From: Eubacteriales bacterium
GTDB lineage: Bacteria > Bacillota > Clostridia > Oscillospirales > CAG-272
Length of the DNA stretch: 64,000 nt
Reading direction: 5' to 3'
Assembly: GCA_045587665.1 (NCBI GenBank)
Contig: JAZNCT010000065.1
Coordinates: forward strand, 95 to 64,094
Position numbers and translations under genes: made by a program. Of this stretch, positions 49,729 to 60,280 are shown one piece after another (the first letter of the stretch is position 1; each line of letters begins with the position of its first letter). The notes under the pieces were generated by a model. That model was given only the letters and a program-made list of their open reading frames with translations, did not search any database and was not told the origin of the DNA.

Positions 49729-50796
49729 ATGGAAGGACTTAATCTTTTTAACACTTATACCATGATAGCTCTTATGGAGCAGATCGCACCCGTTCCCACC
49801 TTCTTCCGCGACCGTTATTTTCCTACGGGCGCGGAGGATATTTTTGATGCAGATGAAGTTCTTGTTGAATACAAAAAGAATGGTCGCACCATAGCCCCTT
49901 TTGTATCCGACAGGGTTGGCGATATTCCTGTTGACAGAGGCGGTTATTCGGTTTCCAAGTATTCGCCGTGCAATATCGCTCCTTCAAGAGTTCTTACCCT
50001 TGACGCTCTGAAAAGCAAGGGGTTTGGCGAAGCACTTTTTGCAGGAACAAGCAAGGCAGAGAGAGCCGCAAGAATCCAGATGAATGATCTCGCAGAGCTT
50101 GGCGATATGATAACACGCCGTGAAGAATGGATGGCGGCTCAGACGATGATAAACAACGCCTGCACCGTTCAGGAATATATTGACGCCGATACCCTCGGCG
50201 AGCCCAAGTATATCAAGTTCTATGAAAAGGATTCTGCGGAGCATAAGTACACCCCTCACGCGCCTTGGAATAACGGAGGTGATTTCTTCGGCGATGTTAA
50301 CAAAATGTGTAAGATCCTTGCCGATAGAGGCTGTGCCACCGCAGACCTTGTGCTCGGAAGCGATGCCGCAGACGAGATACTGAATATCGAGAAGGTACAG
50401 AAGCTTCTCGATAAGAACAGCGGTATTATTACAGGCGAGATCAGTCAGGAGCTGACGAAGTATCAGGGTGTTGCTTATATGGGCTTTATCAATTTCGGCG
50501 GTTACAAGCTCAATCTCTTTAGCTGTGACGAATCCTATACCGATGAAAAGGGCGTGACACAGAAGTATTTCCCCGCTACCTCCGCAATGGTAACAGCCCC
50601 CGGATGCGGCGCAATGAGATATGCCAATGTTACGCAGATCGATTTCGGAAAGACCGATTACGAAACCTATACCGGCACTCGTATTCCGAGACTTGAGATC
50701 GAGAAGAACAACCGTAAGCTCGTTCTTACCTCAAGACCTCTCGCAACACCTAAGTATTATGCTCCCTATTGCTATGCGGAAAACGTCATAGCTTAA
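49729..50796 (+). CDS. major capsid protein, gpE family
   Basis: 355 aa. N-terminus NTYTMIALMEQIAPVPTFFRDRYF is typical of the lambda E family. Confidence 0.8.
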   Translation: MEGLNLFNTYTMIALMEQIAPVPTFFRDRYFPTGAEDIFDADEVLVEYKKNGRTIAPFVSDRVGDIPVDRGGYSVSKYSPCNIAPSRVLTLDALKSKGFGEALFAGTSKAERAARIQMNDLAELGDMITRREEWMAAQTMINNACTVQEYIDADTLGEPKYIKFYEKDSAEHKYTPHAPWNNGGDFFGDVNKMCKILADRGCATADLVLGSDAADEILNIEKVQKLLDKNSGIITGEISQELTKYQGVAYMGFINFGGYKLNLFSCDESYTDEKGVTQKYFPATSAMVTAPGCGAMRYANVTQIDFGKTDYETYTGTRIPRLEIEKNNRKLVLTSRPLATPKYYAPYCYAENVIA

Positions 50797-50820
50797 AAAC
50801 ACACGAAAGGAGAACAGGAT

Positions 50821-51204
50821 ATGAAGTATGTTAAGATCACACACGGCTACTACGGAGCGAAGGAGGGCAACATCATAAAAGCCAAAGGCAAAAATGATAA
50901 GCCTTTTCCGCTTCCGGACGAGGAAGCCGACAGAATAGTCGGTCTCGGCATTGCGGAATATGCAGGCGAGACTGTATATACGCAGGAGGCAGATGTTGCT
51001 TCTCGGGACACGGAGGAAAACGGTATTCCCGAGTATGATGACAGCACCGGCATGGCGGAGCTTAAGGAAATTGCCAAGAGAGAGGGCATAGCTGTTCCTT
51101 TTGGTATATCCAAAAAGGATCTGAAAACACTTCTTGACGAGCATTTCGCCGATGAAGATGAGTTGGATGATATGCCCGATCTTACCGCAGAGGAGCCTCG
51201 GTAA
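50821..51204 (+). CDS. hypothetical head-module protein with Rho-N/HeH-like motif
   Basis: MAELKEIAKREGIAVPFGISKKDLKTLL. Confidence 0.45.
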   Translation: MKYVKITHGYYGAKEGNIIKAKGKNDKPFPLPDEEADRIVGLGIAEYAGETVYTQEADVASRDTEENGIPEYDDSTGMAELKEIAKREGIAVPFGISKKDLKTLLDEHFADEDELDDMPDLTAEEPR

Positions 51205-51563
51205 TGAGCTTTAAGGATATGATCGAGGCTGACAACAAAGCCATATTCTTAAACGATTCAGAATTTGCCGAGAGGCACACTGTCAAATATGACGGCAAGG
51301 TGTTTGCCGACATTCCCGTTCTCTTTATCAAGGTAAAAGAGCTTGACAAAAAGGTGCGGAATATGGAAGGTACATACGGCATTACCGCTGTTCTCCATGC
51401 GGCTGAGTGCGATCTTGGCGGCAAGACGCCTGAGAGAGGGCAGCGAATCGCCATCGATACGGGCACAGCCCTCGGCAAGCCGTTTTTTTCTGATTTCAAG
51501 ATCGCAACATCGAAATGCGAGGGCGGCATGGTTACCCTCGAACTGGAGGCTTATGATGAGTGA
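51204..51563 (+). CDS. putative head-tail connector protein
   Basis: 119 aa. Call rests on position only. Confidence 0.4.
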   Translation: MSFKDMIEADNKAIFLNDSEFAERHTVKYDGKVFADIPVLFIKVKELDKKVRNMEGTYGITAVLHAAECDLGGKTPERGQRIAIDTGTALGKPFFSDFKIATSKCEGGMVTLELEAYDE

Positions 51564-52158
51564 AATGAGTGACATACGTAAACTCGGCATGTATATGCAG
51601 GTTGACACAGAAGGAAATCTCGACCGAGTGACAAAGCTTCTTGCAGGATTTTCACACGGTGCAGATAAAGCTATCGGCAGTGCTCTTAAGCGTGCCGCTT
51701 CTTCGGGTGAAACAGTTGCCGCTAAAGCATTAACCAAAGAATATTATTTAAAGCAGAGTGACTTTAAAAAGTACACATCAACAAAAAGAGGAAAGACCGC
51801 AACATCAACCGCTGCAGGAACACTCGCAGAGATCAACTATTACGGTATTCACATTCCGCTTATCAGGTTTGACACTCATATCGGCAAAGACGGACGGATC
51901 GTTACAAGAGTAAAACGCTCTTCCGCTCGCGAGACTATAAATAAAGCTTTTAAAGCACAATTTGGCAGTCATGTAGGTATTTACGAAAGAGTTGGCGAAA
52001 AGCGTTTTCCGATTCGAGAATTACTAGGTCCTTCGACACCGCAGATGATGGAAAACAATGAGAATGTTACGGATGAAATGGAAGAACGTATCAGAGAGAC
52101 CTTTGAAAAGAGACTTGATCACGAAATAACTGCTATCCTCAATGGTTGGAGGAAATAG
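51553..52158 (+). CDS. HK97 gp10-like head-tail protein
   Basis: Start ATG 51553 or 51556 after CTGGAGG. The track start 51343 is rejected because it overlaps the previous gene in another frame. Confidence 0.5.
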   Translation: MMSEMSDIRKLGMYMQVDTEGNLDRVTKLLAGFSHGADKAIGSALKRAASSGETVAAKALTKEYYLKQSDFKKYTSTKRGKTATSTAAGTLAEINYYGIHIPLIRFDTHIGKDGRIVTRVKRSSARETINKAFKAQFGSHVGIYERVGEKRFPIRELLGPSTPQMMENNENVTDEMEERIRETFEKRLDHEITAILNGWRK

Positions 52159-52160
52159 AA

Positions 52161-52658
52161 ATGACAAAAGTAATGCTTATTGATGCTCTGAAATCCTTTA
52201 TCGAAAACTCAGTCAAGGGCTTTTTGCTGCCCGAGAGGGTACAGGAAGGCGACACCGAGGAGATATTCAGAGCCCCTGCGGTGTACAAGCTCCGCCTCGA
52301 TAACAGCGGCGAAGCCAAGAAAAAAGCCCCGTATATAATCCTTCAGCTTGAAAGCGCTGTTGACAGACAGCCGAAATCCGAAAACGGCGAATCGGCAGTA
52401 GTTATCCGTCTGATATTCTGCGTTTATCATGAGAATGAGCAGGAGGGTGCGGTGGCTCTGCTGAATGTAATGGAAAAGGTGCGTCTCGATCTTATGAGAA
52501 CCGTTGTTGTCAGCAAATGCTTCAAGCTGGATGCCGATAAAGGTCTTGAAAGCCTTATCTATAACGAGGACACAGCACCATACTATGCAGGCGAGATGAT
52601 CGGTACATTCTTCATGCCGGCAATAGAAAGAGAGGTTGACACATGGCTAAAACCATAA
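52161..52658 (+). CDS. hypothetical tail-completion-type protein
   Basis: GGAGGAAA RBS before ATG 52161. Confidence 0.45.
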   Translation: MTKVMLIDALKSFIENSVKGFLLPERVQEGDTEEIFRAPAVYKLRLDNSGEAKKKAPYIILQLESAVDRQPKSENGESAVVIRLIFCVYHENEQEGAVALLNVMEKVRLDLMRTVVVSKCFKLDADKGLESLIYNEDTAPYYAGEMIGTFFMPAIEREVDTWLKP

Positions 52659-52927
52659 AGAAAACGGATACCGCCCACAGGGACGGTATCTTTGTTTACA
52701 TCGGGCCGTCTATCAGAGGCGTTATCGTAAGCGGCAGTATTTTCAGAGGAACAAGAGATGAAGTCCTCGAAAAGAATTCTGCCGCTCTTGCTCTCTGCCC
52801 CAAGATAGAACGGCTAATCGTTGCGGACAGCGAAATTATATCCGCAAAAAAGAAAATCAAGGAAGGCGGCAACAGCGTGAACATTGCTTACCGTGCCGTC
52901 ACAGAAAAAATTACAGGAAAGGAATGA
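52643..52927 (+). CDS. hypothetical protein (94 aa)
   Basis: Overlapping start. Lies upstream of the sheath gene. Confidence 0.45.
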   Translation: MAKTIKKTDTAHRDGIFVYIGPSIRGVIVSGSIFRGTRDEVLEKNSAALALCPKIERLIVADSEIISAKKKIKEGGNSVNIAYRAVTEKITGKE

Positions 52928-52933
52928 TGATCT

Positions 52934-54355
52934 ATGCTTAATCATGGAATAAATACCTACAAAAGCGGAACTAACTTTTCAGCCGTAAAGACTGCGGCTG
53001 TGGGTATTCCGCTTTTTATAGGCGCATGGCCCTGCCACATGGCAGGCGGCTATGTGGACGCTCCCGTCCTTGCCACGAGCTTTGATGAGGCGAAGGAAAA
53101 GGGCGGCTACAGCTATGAATGGAGAAATGCCGATTTTTCGCCTAAGTGGAATCTCTGCCAGGCGATGTATTCTCATTTCAAGCTCTTTGGAATGTCCCCT
53201 GCGATATTTGTCAATGTTTTTGACCCTTCAAAGCACACAAAGGATCTCGCTGAGACTTCCGTAAAGGTCGAAAATCACGTTGCAAAGCTCTCGGCGGACG
53301 TTATTGCCGACGGTCTCATTATCAAATCGGGTGATCAGTCACTCAAGGAAGGAACAGACTATGAGCTCATCTATGACGATGGCTGTCTTATCGAGCTTCT
53401 GAAGAACGGGGCAGGCTATGATGCGGTAAGTCTTACCGTTTCGGGCAAGACTGCCGATACTTCGATGATAAAGGCTGCCGATATCGAGGAAGCTGTGGAG
53501 AAGGCTGACCTTTGCAAGACCGTTCTCGGAATCGTTCCCGATCTTATCTGTGCTCCCGGATGGTCGAAGAATCCCAGCGTTGCCGCTGTTATGACGGCAA
53601 AAGCTGCCGCTATCGGCGGCCTGTTCTCCGGAAAGGCTGTATGTGATATCGATAGCTCTGCTGCAGGTGCTCCTACATATGATAAGGTTCTAAAGTGGAA
53701 GAACGACAACGGCTATACAGACGAGAACATGATCGACGCTTGGGGCATTGCCAAGGTGGGCGATTATCTCTTTGATATGTCCCTCATCATCTGTGGAAAG
53801 ATCGCATCGGTTGATTTCGGCAACGCAGGCTGCCCATATGAATCCCCCTCAAATAAAACACTGGCTATCTCAGGACTTGTAAACGAAGCCGGAGATGAGG
53901 TGAATTTGACGCCTGCACAGGCGGATGTCGTATCTGTCAATGCAGGCGTAGTTACAGCCTTTAACTTTGGCAGCTGGGTGCTTTGGGGTAACCACACAGC
54001 GTGCTACCCGGCAAGTGCCGATGTTGCAGAATATTTCATTTGCACAAGCCGTATGCATGATTGGATAAACAACACTTTCACAAACACCTTCTGGAGTGAG
54101 ATCGACAAGCCTATGACGAGAGTCCGCATAGATTCCATAATCAATAGCTTCAACTCTTGGCTCTCGGGCCTTGTTCATGAGGGCAAGCTATATGGAGGAC
54201 AGGTGGAATATATCGCAGACAACAATCCTGCCGCATCTCTTGTGGGCGGCAAAATTCGTCTCGACACCGCATTTGCGTCTCCCGTTCCTATGCAGCAGAT
54301 CAATATGCACTCCGAATTTGATGTAGATACTCTCGTAAACGCACTTAACGGATAA
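52934..54355 (+). CDS. contractile tail sheath protein
   Basis: 473 aa, followed by the tube, chaperone and tape-measure genes. Confidence 0.8.
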   Translation: MLNHGINTYKSGTNFSAVKTAAVGIPLFIGAWPCHMAGGYVDAPVLATSFDEAKEKGGYSYEWRNADFSPKWNLCQAMYSHFKLFGMSPAIFVNVFDPSKHTKDLAETSVKVENHVAKLSADVIADGLIIKSGDQSLKEGTDYELIYDDGCLIELLKNGAGYDAVSLTVSGKTADTSMIKAADIEEAVEKADLCKTVLGIVPDLICAPGWSKNPSVAAVMTAKAAAIGGLFSGKAVCDIDSSAAGAPTYDKVLKWKNDNGYTDENMIDAWGIAKVGDYLFDMSLIICGKIASVDFGNAGCPYESPSNKTLAISGLVNEAGDEVNLTPAQADVVSVNAGVVTAFNFGSWVLWGNHTACYPASADVAEYFICTSRMHDWINNTFTNTFWSEIDKPMTRVRIDSIINSFNSWLSGLVHEGKLYGGQVEYIADNNPAASLVGGKIRLDTAFASPVPMQQINMHSEFDVDTLVNALNG

Positions 54356-54374
54356 AGTAAGGAGGAAAAAGCAA

Positions 54375-54887
54375 ATGAAAGCAGGTGTTATTAACTTTGC
54401 TGTTTATGAAAACGGCAGTGAATATCTCGGTATTGCGAAGGTGACCCTTCCCGATACCGAAAATAAAACCTTTACAGTAAACGGTGCAGGTATCGCAGGC
54501 GATATCGATATGCCCGTACCCGGACACAGAAACGCCATGACGGCAACGATCGAGTTTACCGATGCCACCGAGGCGGCATATAAGCTGGCGGAGCACCGCA
54601 AGCACACTATAGATCTTCGTGCGGCGCATGAGGAGTATGACAGCACAGTGGGTGCTATTGCAGTCAAGGCGTATAAGCATATTCTTGACGTTATTCCAAA
54701 GAAGCTTGGCGGCGGAGATGTTGCTCCCGCAAGTCCTCAGAGCATTTCGGGCGAATACAGCGTGCTCTCCCGCAAGGACTATATCGACGGCGTGCTTGTC
54801 CGTGATATAGACCCTATCAACTTTAAGGACGTTGATGCGTCCGGCAATGACAGCCTTGCGGCAGTGAGAAGCGCACTTGGCAAGTAA
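54375..54887 (+). CDS. tail tube protein
   Basis: 170 aa, directly after the sheath gene. Confidence 0.75.
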   Translation: MKAGVINFAVYENGSEYLGIAKVTLPDTENKTFTVNGAGIAGDIDMPVPGHRNAMTATIEFTDATEAAYKLAEHRKHTIDLRAAHEEYDSTVGAIAVKAYKHILDVIPKKLGGGDVAPASPQSISGEYSVLSRKDYIDGVLVRDIDPINFKDVDASGNDSLAAVRSALGK

Positions 54888-54952
54888 TTTTATCAGCGGA
54901 GAGGGGCAAAAGCCTCTCTCCTGATTTTTAAACATGAAAAGGAGTTATAACC

Positions 54953-55312
54953 ATGGAAGATAATAAGATTCTCGATAATTTCAACGAAGAAACTGACGAT
55001 ATAGAGAAGGCAAAGCCTCAGCTTACATATGAGCTGAAAAATCCTGTTACTTACAACGGTAAGGAATTTAACGCACTTAACATTGACTTCGAAAAGCTCA
55101 AAGGAAAGGACGCAAGAGCGATCACTGCCGAGCTTCAGCGGCTGGGCATAGCGGTTCTTGTTCCCTCACTCTCGGAAGAATATCTTATAAGGACGATCGC
55201 GAAAGCCTGCGAAGAACCCATCGGCGCAGACTTTTTCGATCTTTTGTCTATTTTTGACTTTAATAAGCTGGTAGGAAGAGCAAGGGCTTTTTTGCAGAGG
55301 TCGGAGTTGTAA
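54953..55312 (+). CDS. tail assembly chaperone (gpE/G-like)
   Basis: 119 aa, between the tube and tape-measure genes. Contains a slippery site near its 3' end. Confidence 0.7.
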   Translation: MEDNKILDNFNEETDDIEKAKPQLTYELKNPVTYNGKEFNALNIDFEKLKGKDARAITAELQRLGIAVLVPSLSEEYLIRTIAKACEEPIGADFFDLLSIFDFNKLVGRARAFLQRSEL

Positions 55313-55470
55313 AAAACGACGACACAAGTGATTTAATGAGACTGTGTCTGATCCTATCCCGAGAGACATATACCCCGATATCGTATTGGCTTGATATTCC
55401 TTTGCGGGAGCTTGGGGAGTGGATAAGGTCATATATAGACCTCATAGACGAGCTGAAGAACAAGAGGTGA
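55288..55470 (+). CDS. -1 frameshift extension of the tail assembly chaperone (gpE+E' / GT-like)
   Basis: Slippery heptamer T TTT TTG at 55288-94 in the zero frame. The -1 frame is open to TGA 55468-70 and encodes ...YWLDIPLRELGEWIRSYIDLIDELKNKR. Confidence 0.65.
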   Translation, partial: FFAEVGVVKNDDTSDLMRLCLILSRETYTPISYWLDIPLRELGEWIRSYIDLIDELKNKR

Positions 55471-55474
55471 GGAT

Positions 55475-58400
55475 TTGGCAACAACATATGATATAAGCTT
55501 TAAACTGCAAGCGGGGCTTGCGGCGAGCTTTGGCGGTACTTTCGAAAAAGCGCAGAAAAAGCTTATGGAAACACAGAAAGAGATACAGGCTCTCGGAAAG
55601 GTACAGGGCAATATTTCCGCTTATCAAAAGCAGCAAGCGGCGATAGAAAGATGCCGCCAGTCACAGGAAAAATACAAAACGCAGATCGAAAACGTCAAAA
55701 AAGAGCTTCAAGCCCTAATCGGGAAGGAAGGAGAGCACGCCGCCGGTACATCCCAGCTTTCAAATAAAATCATTGATCTCAAAGAGAAATATGAAAAGGT
55801 AAGGCTCGAAGAGGAAAGACGCTGTGAAACGCTGAAAAAGCTGGATGATTCGCTGAAGGGATCCGGAATAAATACAGAAAATCTCAGCGGTGAGAGTCAA
55901 AGACTCGGAGAAGAGCTTAAAGATCTTAGATCCGAGCAGGATAAAGCTGCCGAAGCTGCCGAAAAATACAGAAACAAATCCGTTTCAGCCTTTACGGCGG
56001 CAGGTGAAGCCCTTGCGGCTTCGGGGATTCTGAGAACTCTCAAAGAGGGTTATGATCTCATGGCGGGGATCACTACAGGTGCGGCATCATATGCCGATGA
56101 GATCGGGACGGTATCGGTTCAGTACAGTATTGCCGCCGAGGATCTCCAAGCCTTTTATTATGCCGCCGAGCTCGTGGACGTAAGCGCGGAAACACTGACA
56201 TCGACCATGAGCCGCAACATTCGTGCTATGAACTCCGCAAGAGACGGCACAGAAAGCTATGTTGAGGCTTACGAAAAGTTGGGGATAAAAGTGACAGACG
56301 CAGACGGACAGCTCCGCGATTCCGAGACAGTTTATTGGGAAGTTATCGATGCTCTTGGAGAGATGGAAAACGAGACCGAGAGGGATGCTGTTGCAATCGA
56401 GCTCCTCGGCAGAAGCGCGCAACAAGTCAATACTCTTGTTGCGGCAGGCTCGGGCGTTATCAAGGGGTATGCCGCCGAAGCCAAAAGAGCGGGATATGTT
56501 ATGAATAATGAGACATTACAGGCTTGCATGGCTCTGGATGATGAGATACAGCGTCAAAACAGTAATTTGATGGCTCTGAAAAACACCATTGGCGCACAGC
56601 TTGCTCCGGAATATACAAAGTTAAAACAGCTCGAAAACGAGGCTCTTGTTGCTTTGACAGCGTTTGCTGATGAGCACCCCGAGCTCGTTAAAGGTATCAC
56701 AGCGGGTACTGTTGCGTTTGGCGGTTTAACGGCGGCTATCGTGGCATGTACAACCGCCGCAAAACTCCTCGGCAGTGTTTCCGGTATAGGCACTATCCTC
56801 GCAGTGGCAGGAGGAGCCGGTGCGCTTGTCGGAGTGCTTGCGGCAATGACCTCTGCTACCGAAGATCAAAACGACGCTTACGCTGAGCTCACGGCAACTT
56901 CACGCAAGCAGGCAAAGGAGATAGATGCGCTGAAAGCTGAATATGCGGAGCTCGTCAACGCAGGCAAGAAGAATACACATGAGGCGTGGCAGCTCGAAAA
57001 ACAGATAAAGAGCCTTTCGGAAGAATACGAAAGCTCAAAGCAAACAGCCCAAGCTCATAGAGAAGAGCTTGAAAGCATTATTACCACCCTTCAAAATTCA
57101 AGGGAAGAATACGAGAATACCATTAACAGCATAGATTCCGAATATGAAAGCAGTATTGCTCTTGTTACTAAGCTCGGGGAGCTCAGCGGCGGTTCGCAAA
57201 TGGTGGCTCAGAATCAGGCTTTAATAGTTCCGATTATCGATGAGCTGAATGAACGCTATGAAGGTCTCGGACTTGCTATCGACTTCACCACCGGAAAGAT
57301 CAATATGGGCTCGGATCAGCTAAAGCAAATAGCAAAGGAACAAGCGGCTGTTCTTAAACAGCAGGCTGACATGAAAGCTTATGCTGATGCGTTGTCCAAC
57401 TCTGCAAAAGCGGAAAACGCATATAAAGAAGCATGCAAGGAACTCAAAGCACTGGAAGAAGAATATTGGAAAGCCTATCGGGCATTCAACGCTGAACCTT
57501 CAGGAAATGCGATAGAAAAATTTTTCCTCTCGTTTACCAAAGATTATGGTGCTGAAGCTCAAATGAATGCCGCAAAACAATCATTGATCGAGCAAGGAAA
57601 AATAGTAGTCGACCTCAGAGAAAAATACGAGGAGCTTGCGGACAGTGTAGAATACTATGAAAAAGTTCTTGGATTTACAACGGATGCTATCGAAAGTGAG
57701 ACCGATGCTCTGGGGGATTATCAAAGCGCTGTTGCTTATGCGGTAAATGCAGTTCAGAGCGATCTTGAAGCCCTTGCCGAAAAGTATAAAGAGGCGTATA
57801 ACGCGGCATATGAGAGCATAACGGGTCAATATGATCTCTGGGATAACGCCGCCGAAGTTGTTCCAAAAAGCATTGCCGATATAAACAATGCTCTTGCAAC
57901 ACAGGCGGCCTATTGGAGCGATTATAACAAGGATATGGCATCTCTTACCGAGAGAGGGGAAAATATAGACGGCCTTGCAGAGGTTATCGCATCCTTTGCA
58001 GACGGCAGCGCAGACAGTGTGAACGCCATAGCCGGAATGGTAGACGCTTCTGATGAGGATCTTAAAGCGATGGTTGAAAATTTCAAAGAGATGCAGGAGC
58101 AGGAAGAAGCGGCGGCTAAAGCCATTCGTGAGAATGCTCTGACAGAGCTTGATGAGATCGAACTTCAAATGATCACATCAATTGAAAATCTCGATCTCTC
58201 CATGGAAGCCGAAAAAGCGGCTCGGAACACGATGGAAGCTTATCTTAAAGGTCTCGAAGAAGGATGCGAAGATATAACAAAACTCCTCTCGGATCTCCCG
58301 GTGCTTTCGGCGATGAGAAACAATCCGTTTATCGCCCCCTATGAAAGAAACAGATCGGAGCTATATCCTATAGAGGCATACGCAAGCGGAACAGAAAACG

Positions 58401-58753
58401 CCGCACACGGATTGGCACTGGTTGGGGAGTATGGTCCCGAGCTCGTATATTTTGGCGGCGGTGAGGTGGTTTATAACGCAATGAAAACAGAGCGGATGCT
58501 AAAGAAATTCCAGGCATGGCAGGATGCTCCGAGCCTTTTAGAGCGGGTTCAGGCATCGCCGCTCGTTATAAACAATACTTTGAGCGGACCGAGTGGCGGA
58601 AAATACGAGATCGCTATCGCCCCTGTTTTCCATATCACAGAAGGTGAAAATTCTTCCGAGAAAATGGAAGAATACAGTAATATTGTTGCAGATAAGGTTC
58701 TTGATCGCTTGAACGAGATCGGAATAGATGGAAAGAGAGGGGCATTTACATGA
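55475..58753 (+). CDS. tail tape measure protein
   Basis: 1092 aa, coiled-coil rich, with a central hydrophobic stretch. TTG start after GAGGTGAGGA. Confidence 0.9.
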   Translation: MATTYDISFKLQAGLAASFGGTFEKAQKKLMETQKEIQALGKVQGNISAYQKQQAAIERCRQSQEKYKTQIENVKKELQALIGKEGEHAAGTSQLSNKIIDLKEKYEKVRLEEERRCETLKKLDDSLKGSGINTENLSGESQRLGEELKDLRSEQDKAAEAAEKYRNKSVSAFTAAGEALAASGILRTLKEGYDLMAGITTGAASYADEIGTVSVQYSIAAEDLQAFYYAAELVDVSAETLTSTMSRNIRAMNSARDGTESYVEAYEKLGIKVTDADGQLRDSETVYWEVIDALGEMENETERDAVAIELLGRSAQQVNTLVAAGSGVIKGYAAEAKRAGYVMNNETLQACMALDDEIQRQNSNLMALKNTIGAQLAPEYTKLKQLENEALVALTAFADEHPELVKGITAGTVAFGGLTAAIVACTTAAKLLGSVSGIGTILAVAGGAGALVGVLAAMTSATEDQNDAYAELTATSRKQAKEIDALKAEYAELVNAGKKNTHEAWQLEKQIKSLSEEYESSKQTAQAHREELESIITTLQNSREEYENTINSIDSEYESSIALVTKLGELSGGSQMVAQNQALIVPIIDELNERYEGLGLAIDFTTGKINMGSDQLKQIAKEQAAVLKQQADMKAYADALSNSAKAENAYKEACKELKALEEEYWKAYRAFNAEPSGNAIEKFFLSFTKDYGAEAQMNAAKQSLIEQGKIVVDLREKYEELADSVEYYEKVLGFTTDAIESETDALGDYQSAVAYAVNAVQSDLEALAEKYKEAYNAAYESITGQYDLWDNAAEVVPKSIADINNALATQAAYWSDYNKDMASLTERGENIDGLAEVIASFADGSADSVNAIAGMVDASDEDLKAMVENFKEMQEQEEAAAKAIRENALTELDEIELQMITSIENLDLSMEAEKAARNTMEAYLKGLEEGCEDITKLLSDLPVLSAMRNNPFIAPYERNRSELYPIEAYASGTENAAHGLALVGEYGPELVYFGGGEVVYNAMKTERMLKKFQAWQDAPSLLERVQASPLVINNTLSGPSGGKYEIAIAPVFHITEGENSSEKMEEYSNIVADKVLDRLNEIGIDGKRGAFT

Positions 58754-58956
58754 CATACACAACAGCACAGGGCGATATGTGGGACAGCATCGCCCATAAA
58801 ACCCTTGGAGATGTCGGGCGCACGGACAAGCTGATGCTTGCAAACCAGGAGCACCTCGGTACACATATATTTCCTTCGGGAGTAGTGCTTACTATCCCTT
58901 CTATCACCGAGTCGCTCTCCGACAGTTTGCCGCCGTGGAAGAGGGTGAGCGGATGA
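58750..58956 (+). CDS. tail protein X-like (LysM-like) protein
   Basis: YTTAQGDMWDSIAHKTLGD...VLTIPS matches the recalled P2 gpX pattern. Confidence 0.6.
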   Translation: MTYTTAQGDMWDSIAHKTLGDVGRTDKLMLANQEHLGTHIFPSGVVLTIPSITESLSDSLPPWKRVSG

Positions 58957-60272
58957 GCCGCAAGGATCTTGCAAGACGAGCCGATATGTCGGTCTTTATC
59001 GCAAATGTCGATGTCACATCATCCGTTAAAAATCATCTGATATCTCTCACTTACACCGATAATGAGGACGAAGCAGACGATCTGCAATTGAAGCTTGCAG
59101 ATCGCGACTGCCTTTGGCTCGAAAAATGGTTTAATACCGTAGTTGATGCCGCTGCGAGTGTTCCGAGAGAAAACGACGGCGAAGAGGATAAGGAAGAAAC
59201 GACTGTAGCATACAAGGTCACCGCCGCCAACGGGGCCGGTGCCTATCTTCGCCCGGATAGCTCGTATACACTGCTTAACGGCATGACTATTCCTTATGGC
59301 ACGGTCGTCGAGGTCAAAAGCATTTCGGGTGGCTGGGCAAATATCGAATACGGTAACGGTATCAGCTGTTATATTAAGTCATCTTATATCACTGCCTTTA
59401 CAGCATCCTCTGCAGACAGCGGAGAACCCGTTTCAAAGGGTCTCGACATAAGCGCATCCGTAGTTCTTCAGAACGAAAAAAGCGACGGCAAGGACAAAGC
59501 CATAGATTGCGGAAGCTTTGAGCTTGATAGCATTGATTTCGACGGCCCTCCGGCTACAGTCAATATCAAATGCACATCGCTGTCCTTCAGAAAGAGTATT
59601 CGCCAAACAAAATCGAACAGGTCGTGGGAGAGCTACTATCTATCGGGTATTCTTGCGGAAATAGCAGGCAAAAGCGGCATGGCGTATATGTATCTCTCAG
59701 CACACGATCCTTTTTACAGTCGCAAGGATCAGATCGACACAAGCGATATTGCCTTTTTGACACAACTCGCTCATGACAACGGCTCTGCGATAAAGGTAAG
59801 CGGTAACATTGTCATAATCTACGACAGCAGCGGTTGCGGTGAAAGCATAAAGACTATAACTCGCGGTGACGGCACGTATCTCAAATGGAAGCTCGGCAGT
59901 GGCGAAGCTGATACCAAATATCATAAATGTCGTGTTTCATATACCGATCCCGAAACAGGAAGGGTGATCGAAGGTACTGCCAAGAGCACCGAAAAGACAA
60001 ATGACGGCAAAAATGAGCAGATCCTTGAAATAAAAGCAAAGGTTTCAAGTGCCGAGCAAGCATCGGCGCTTGCCAAAAAGAAATTGCAAATGGCAAATCG
60101 TTTTGAAAACACGGCATCCTTTACCGTGCCGGGAGATCCTTTTCTCCTTGCGGGATGCGTTGTAACCCTCAAAAAATGGGGGGCATGGAGCGGTGATTAT
60201 GTGATATATCAAGCCAAGCACTCGGTATCAAGAAGCGGATATACCACGCAAATAAGCCTTAGAAAGAAATAG
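58953..60272 (+). CDS. late control gene D-like tail protein (gpD/XkdQ-like)
   Basis: ATGA overlap with the upstream stop, after GAGGGTGAG. Size and position match P2 gpD. Contains an SH3-like insert (GAYLRPDSSYT...GWANIEYG). Confidence 0.65.
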   Translation: MSRKDLARRADMSVFIANVDVTSSVKNHLISLTYTDNEDEADDLQLKLADRDCLWLEKWFNTVVDAAASVPRENDGEEDKEETTVAYKVTAANGAGAYLRPDSSYTLLNGMTIPYGTVVEVKSISGGWANIEYGNGISCYIKSSYITAFTASSADSGEPVSKGLDISASVVLQNEKSDGKDKAIDCGSFELDSIDFDGPPATVNIKCTSLSFRKSIRQTKSNRSWESYYLSGILAEIAGKSGMAYMYLSAHDPFYSRKDQIDTSDIAFLTQLAHDNGSAIKVSGNIVIIYDSSGCGESIKTITRGDGTYLKWKLGSGEADTKYHKCRVSYTDPETGRVIEGTAKSTEKTNDGKNEQILEIKAKVSSAEQASALAKKKLQMANRFENTASFTVPGDPFLLAGCVVTLKKWGAWSGDYVIYQAKHSVSRSGYTTQISLRKK

Positions 60273-60280
60273 GAGGTACT

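Noticed and set aside
54345-54935. 196-aa minus-strand ORF
   Set aside because: It is antisense to the tail tube gene, inside a uniformly plus-strand structural operon.
57581-58168. 195-aa minus-strand ORF
   Set aside because: It is antisense to the tape measure gene.
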